Origin: an uncultured delta proteobacterium
GTDB taxonomy: Bacteria > Desulfobacterota > Binatia > UBA9968
Reading direction: 5' to 3'
Length of the DNA: 64,000 nt
NCBI GenBank assembly: GCA_963727625.1
Contig: CAVSHR010000005.1
Span: 96,001-160,000 of the forward strand
Shown here: one piece after another, positions 61,113-64,000 of the stretch
Layout: every line of letters begins with the position of its first letter
Position numbering within the stretch: position 1 is the stretch's first letter
Made by a program: the position numbers and the translations under genes
The notes under the pieces: generated by a model
The model's database searches: none
What the model saw: only the letters and a program-made list of their open reading frames with translations
What the model was told of the DNA's origin: nothing

Positions 61113-61260
61113 TTCCGCTAGAACACCACCCGGTCAAATATCGCAGCGATGCGATTGATCCACACCAAATTCACTGCGCCGCCTTTGCCAGGATCATTGA
61201 CCGGCGCGCGGAGGTGGTGATAGCGTCGCTTAAGAATTCTACGTAAACAGGAGGGCGCAC

Positions 61261-61992
61261 ATGGGTAAGAGCATCGTGGTCACCGGCGGCGCCGGCGGGA
61301 TCTGTTCGGAAATTTGTCGCGGTCTAGCCGCGGATGGTTTGAACGTCGTCGTTGCCGACTACGCCAAAGAAGCGGCCGAGAAGGTCGCCGCGGAGATTTG
61401 CGACAGCAAGGGCGAGGCCATCGCCGTACAGGTCGATGTCGGCGATCCGGCTAGTGTCAACACGATGATGAATCAGGCGATTGCCAAGTACGGTCAGGTC
61501 GATTATGCCTTTTGCGGCGCGGGAATTATGGATCGCGTCGCCGTCATCGATATGCCGGAGGAAGTGTGGGACCGATTGATGCGCATCAATTTGAAAGGCG
61601 TCTTTCTCTGTGCCCAAGCGGCGGCGAAACACATGATACCGAGAAGAGAGGGCAGAATTCTGAGCATCGCTTCGGGCCGCGGCGTGGCCGGCGCGCCGCG
61701 ATCCGCGCATTACGCGGCGTCCAAGGCCGGCGTCATCGCCTTTACCAAATCCCTGGCCGTCGAACTGGCGGCCGACAATATCACCGTCAACTGCGTTTGC
61801 CCCGGCGCAACCGACACCCCCATGTCGCGGATCGGCTTCACCCCGGACCAATTCAAAAAGCGCGAAGAAATTCCGCCTTTGATGGACGGCCTCACCCATA
61901 AATTCGAAATCGTCGCCCTGGTGCGCTATCTGCTTTCCGACGCAACGAAGTTCGTCACCGGCCAAACATTCTTCCTGCGCACGCCAAAATAA
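61261..61992 (+). CDS. SDR family oxidoreductase
   Basis: TGGAGGI, YAASK, VNCVCPG; AGGAGG RBS. Confidence 0.92.
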   Translation: MGKSIVVTGGAGGICSEICRGLAADGLNVVVADYAKEAAEKVAAEICDSKGEAIAVQVDVGDPASVNTMMNQAIAKYGQVDYAFCGAGIMDRVAVIDMPEEVWDRLMRINLKGVFLCAQAAAKHMIPRREGRILSIASGRGVAGAPRSAHYAASKAGVIAFTKSLAVELAADNITVNCVCPGATDTPMSRIGFTPDQFKKREEIPPLMDGLTHKFEIVALVRYLLSDATKFVTGQTFFLRTPK

Positions 61993-62121
61993 CCGCGACG
62001 GGGCAGACGGCGCGCCATGGTAAAGCGTGCGTACGCATCGACCGATGCACTCTGCGCTGAGGTGGAGGAACTTATCCATCCTCGGGTCGGCGAACGCGCT
62101 CTCCAAGAAAAGACTTGGCCG

Positions 62122-62499
62122 TCAGTTGATCAAGCCGGTAGTGCTGTCGAAACTGAAGTTCGGCTTGGTGCCGTTTGGCTTAGCCGCGGTAAGCGTGAAA
62201 GTGGATGGAGTGGTCACGTTGATCGTCAGGGTAACCCCGCTGGTTTGTCTGTATCCTACCAGTTGGATGGCGCTCAAACTCCCGGGATACGCCAAGAACT
62301 CACCGTAGTAACTTTCCATCGCGAGGGCGGCGTTTTTGAGATCCGAGCGCATGGCTGCGTCGATGGCGCGGCCGCGCAAAAGCGAAAATTGTTGCATCGC
62401 AATCGCCGCCAGAATTCCTAAAACCGCGACGACGACAATCAGCTCAAGAAGGGTGAATCCTTCGTCGGATGAGGCCTTTTTCAGTGGTTTGATCCGCAT
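62122..62499 (-). CDS. Type IV pilin-like protein (class III signal peptide)
   Basis: G|FTLLELIVVVAVLGILAAIA with E5; SDLKN...ESYY. Confidence 0.88.
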   Translation of the reverse strand: MRIKPLKKASSDEGFTLLELIVVVAVLGILAAIAMQQFSLLRGRAIDAAMRSDLKNAALAMESYYGEFLAYPGSLSAIQLVGYRQTSGVTLTINVTTPSTFTLTAAKPNGTKPNFSFDSTTGLIN

Positions 62500-62761
62500 T
62501 CCCTATTAAAACCCGGTATATTTTTTTCGAAGAAAATAACACAAGATTCTAAAAATCGCCAGGCATAACCGCGACTGGCTGTAGACGAGTTAGCTCAATT
62601 TTCATAAGAACAGGCTCTCCATGCCCGCCCGGTCAGTCGAACGCACATGGAGAGAGGCATTGCTCTCTGCGGCGAATTGACCGGTGCGTCGCAATCTTTC
62701 AACATCGACGCCGGGGTCGCACCCCCACCGTAAAGCCAATTTCAACGCAAGCGGTCGACGC

Positions 62762-63844
62762 TCACATCCCAAACATCGGCATGCGCGGCTCCGCGCCGCG
62801 CCGGCTGCACTCGTTCATGAACAGCTGATGGATCTCCGGGTTTTGATCCTGGTATTCGATTTGCGCGCCGCCGTTTTTTACATCTTCGCCGGTGTCCTTC
62901 AAGTCTTCCACCTTGAACTTGAAGCCCCACGGTTTGAGCGCCAGATAGCGCGCCGGCTCCGGGCCGGGGTTGAAATGCTGGTGCCACCACTGCATCGGCG
63001 GCGTGAACATGCTCATTCGTCCCCATTCGACGCGTTTCTTGGTACCGTACTCTCCTTCCGGCCAAAGAAAAGAATAGCCTGAACCGGTCAGCATCACGAT
63101 ATGCGCGCCGGCGCCGTGGCGGTGCGCCTTTTTGTATTTGCCGACGGGGAACTCGGAGATATGCGCGCTCATCGTGTTGTCGACGAACTCGAACAGAGTG
63201 GTGCGGTTGTCGCCGCCCCGTTCTTTGTAGTCCTTCGGCTGAAAACCCCAGAGATCGGCAATGAAGTTCGACTCCCACACGCGCCCCTTCTTCACCTCCG
63301 GAATATAGCGGCCGCCCTTGCCCCACTCGTCGGCGCCACCGCTATAGCGGTCGGAGAAGATAAAATTATTATTGAAAATATAGTCGAGATTGCGATAGCG
63401 GTTAACGACCAGCGGAGCATCGGTCAGAGAGATCATCCGCACCGGTTCGCCGCCCTGGGCGTTGAAGTGCTGGTGCCAGGTATTGAGCGGCGTGGAAAAT
63501 AAGCTTCCCTTCTGCCATTCCAAAGTGTGTTTTTTCCCGCCCTCGTTCCAGATCGTCGTTGCGCCCTGGCCTTGCAGGATGAAGACTGCCTTTTCATACA
63601 TGTGGCGCTGCGGCTTGAGCTGGCCGCCCGGCGCGATCTCCTCGACCACCGCATCGCACATGCCGCCGGCCCCGTCTTGGTTGACGAAGGCCGCCTTGCC
63701 GCCGCTGCGTTGCCAGTCGCCCAACTCGAGGGTCAAAAGATCCGGCACGATGAAGCCTTTGTGTACGGGTATCTCCTCCCACTCCTGGTAAATCTCGTAA
63801 GGGCTCTTCTCCGAAAACGCCGACGCTTCGTTCAATGATCTCAT
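62762..63844 (-). CDS. Bicupin protein (gentisate 1,2-dioxygenase-like)
   Basis: QRHMYE..PLNTWHQHFN and KAHRHG..WWHQHFN cupin motifs. Confidence 0.85.
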   Translation of the reverse strand: MRSLNEASAFSEKSPYEIYQEWEEIPVHKGFIVPDLLTLELGDWQRSGGKAAFVNQDGAGGMCDAVVEEIAPGGQLKPQRHMYEKAVFILQGQGATTIWNEGGKKHTLEWQKGSLFSTPLNTWHQHFNAQGGEPVRMISLTDAPLVVNRYRNLDYIFNNNFIFSDRYSGGADEWGKGGRYIPEVKKGRVWESNFIADLWGFQPKDYKERGGDNRTTLFEFVDNTMSAHISEFPVGKYKKAHRHGAGAHIVMLTGSGYSFLWPEGEYGTKKRVEWGRMSMFTPPMQWWHQHFNPGPEPARYLALKPWGFKFKVEDLKDTGEDVKNGGAQIEYQDQNPEIHQLFMNECSRRGAEPRMPMFGM

Positions 63845-63890
63845 GATTTTTCCTTTCATCTTGGCCGACGATGGAGTCGTCTATAATAAT

Positions 63891-64000
63891 TCAAGCCGCC
63901 TCTTCCCAGTAAAGCCCCAGGGCCGCCTTCGCCGGCCGGTCGTTGATCGAAAACAGCACCGCCTCATCCTCTGCACAGTTTTCATGTCGGTGCCAGGACC
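63891..64000 (-). CDS. C-terminal end of a gentisate 1,2-dioxygenase-like cupin (partial)
   Basis: Reads SWHRHENCAEDEAVLFSINDRPAKAALGLYWEEAA*; runs off the window end. Confidence 0.7.
   Translation of the reverse strand, partial: SWHRHENCAEDEAVLFSINDRPAKAALGLYWEEAA

Overview
GC-rich bacterial chromosomal segment. Its style (orphan solute-binding proteins, tandem cupins, periodic intergenic palindromes) resembles Candidatus Binatia / deltaproteobacterial genomes; this is inference only. No rRNA, tRNA, CRISPR array, transposase or phage genes were seen. Housekeeping genes (asnS, aroG-like, rhlE-like, clcA) are interspersed with many accessory redox and sugar genes. Highlights: (1) an OsmC/Ohr-family gene split by an in-frame UGA at the catalytic Cys position and followed by a bacterial SECIS-like hairpin (probable selenoprotein, 40994-41503); (2) a ~10.5 kb glycosylglycerate compatible-solute locus (13768-24306) with one-step (Ggs/Mgs-like) and two-step (USP-fused GpgS plus phosphatase) routes, glycerate kinase, an AsnB-like amidotransferase, an isochorismatase-type amidase and two Gfo/Idh/MocA dehydrogenases, suggesting an undescribed glycosylglycerate/glyceramide cycle, with a terminator-like hairpin in the amidotransferase operon leader; (3) a class III adenylate cyclase with an N-terminal 4-Cys motif and a C-terminal MerC/MerT-like membrane domain; (4) a 14 kb co-directional DM13-NDH2-GMC-VOC-glucosidase-MOSC-GH63-NTT-cyt b/Mo-enzyme cluster; (5) several gene remnants, frameshifts and periodic REP-like elements. 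All family assignments are by motif recognition, not by database search.
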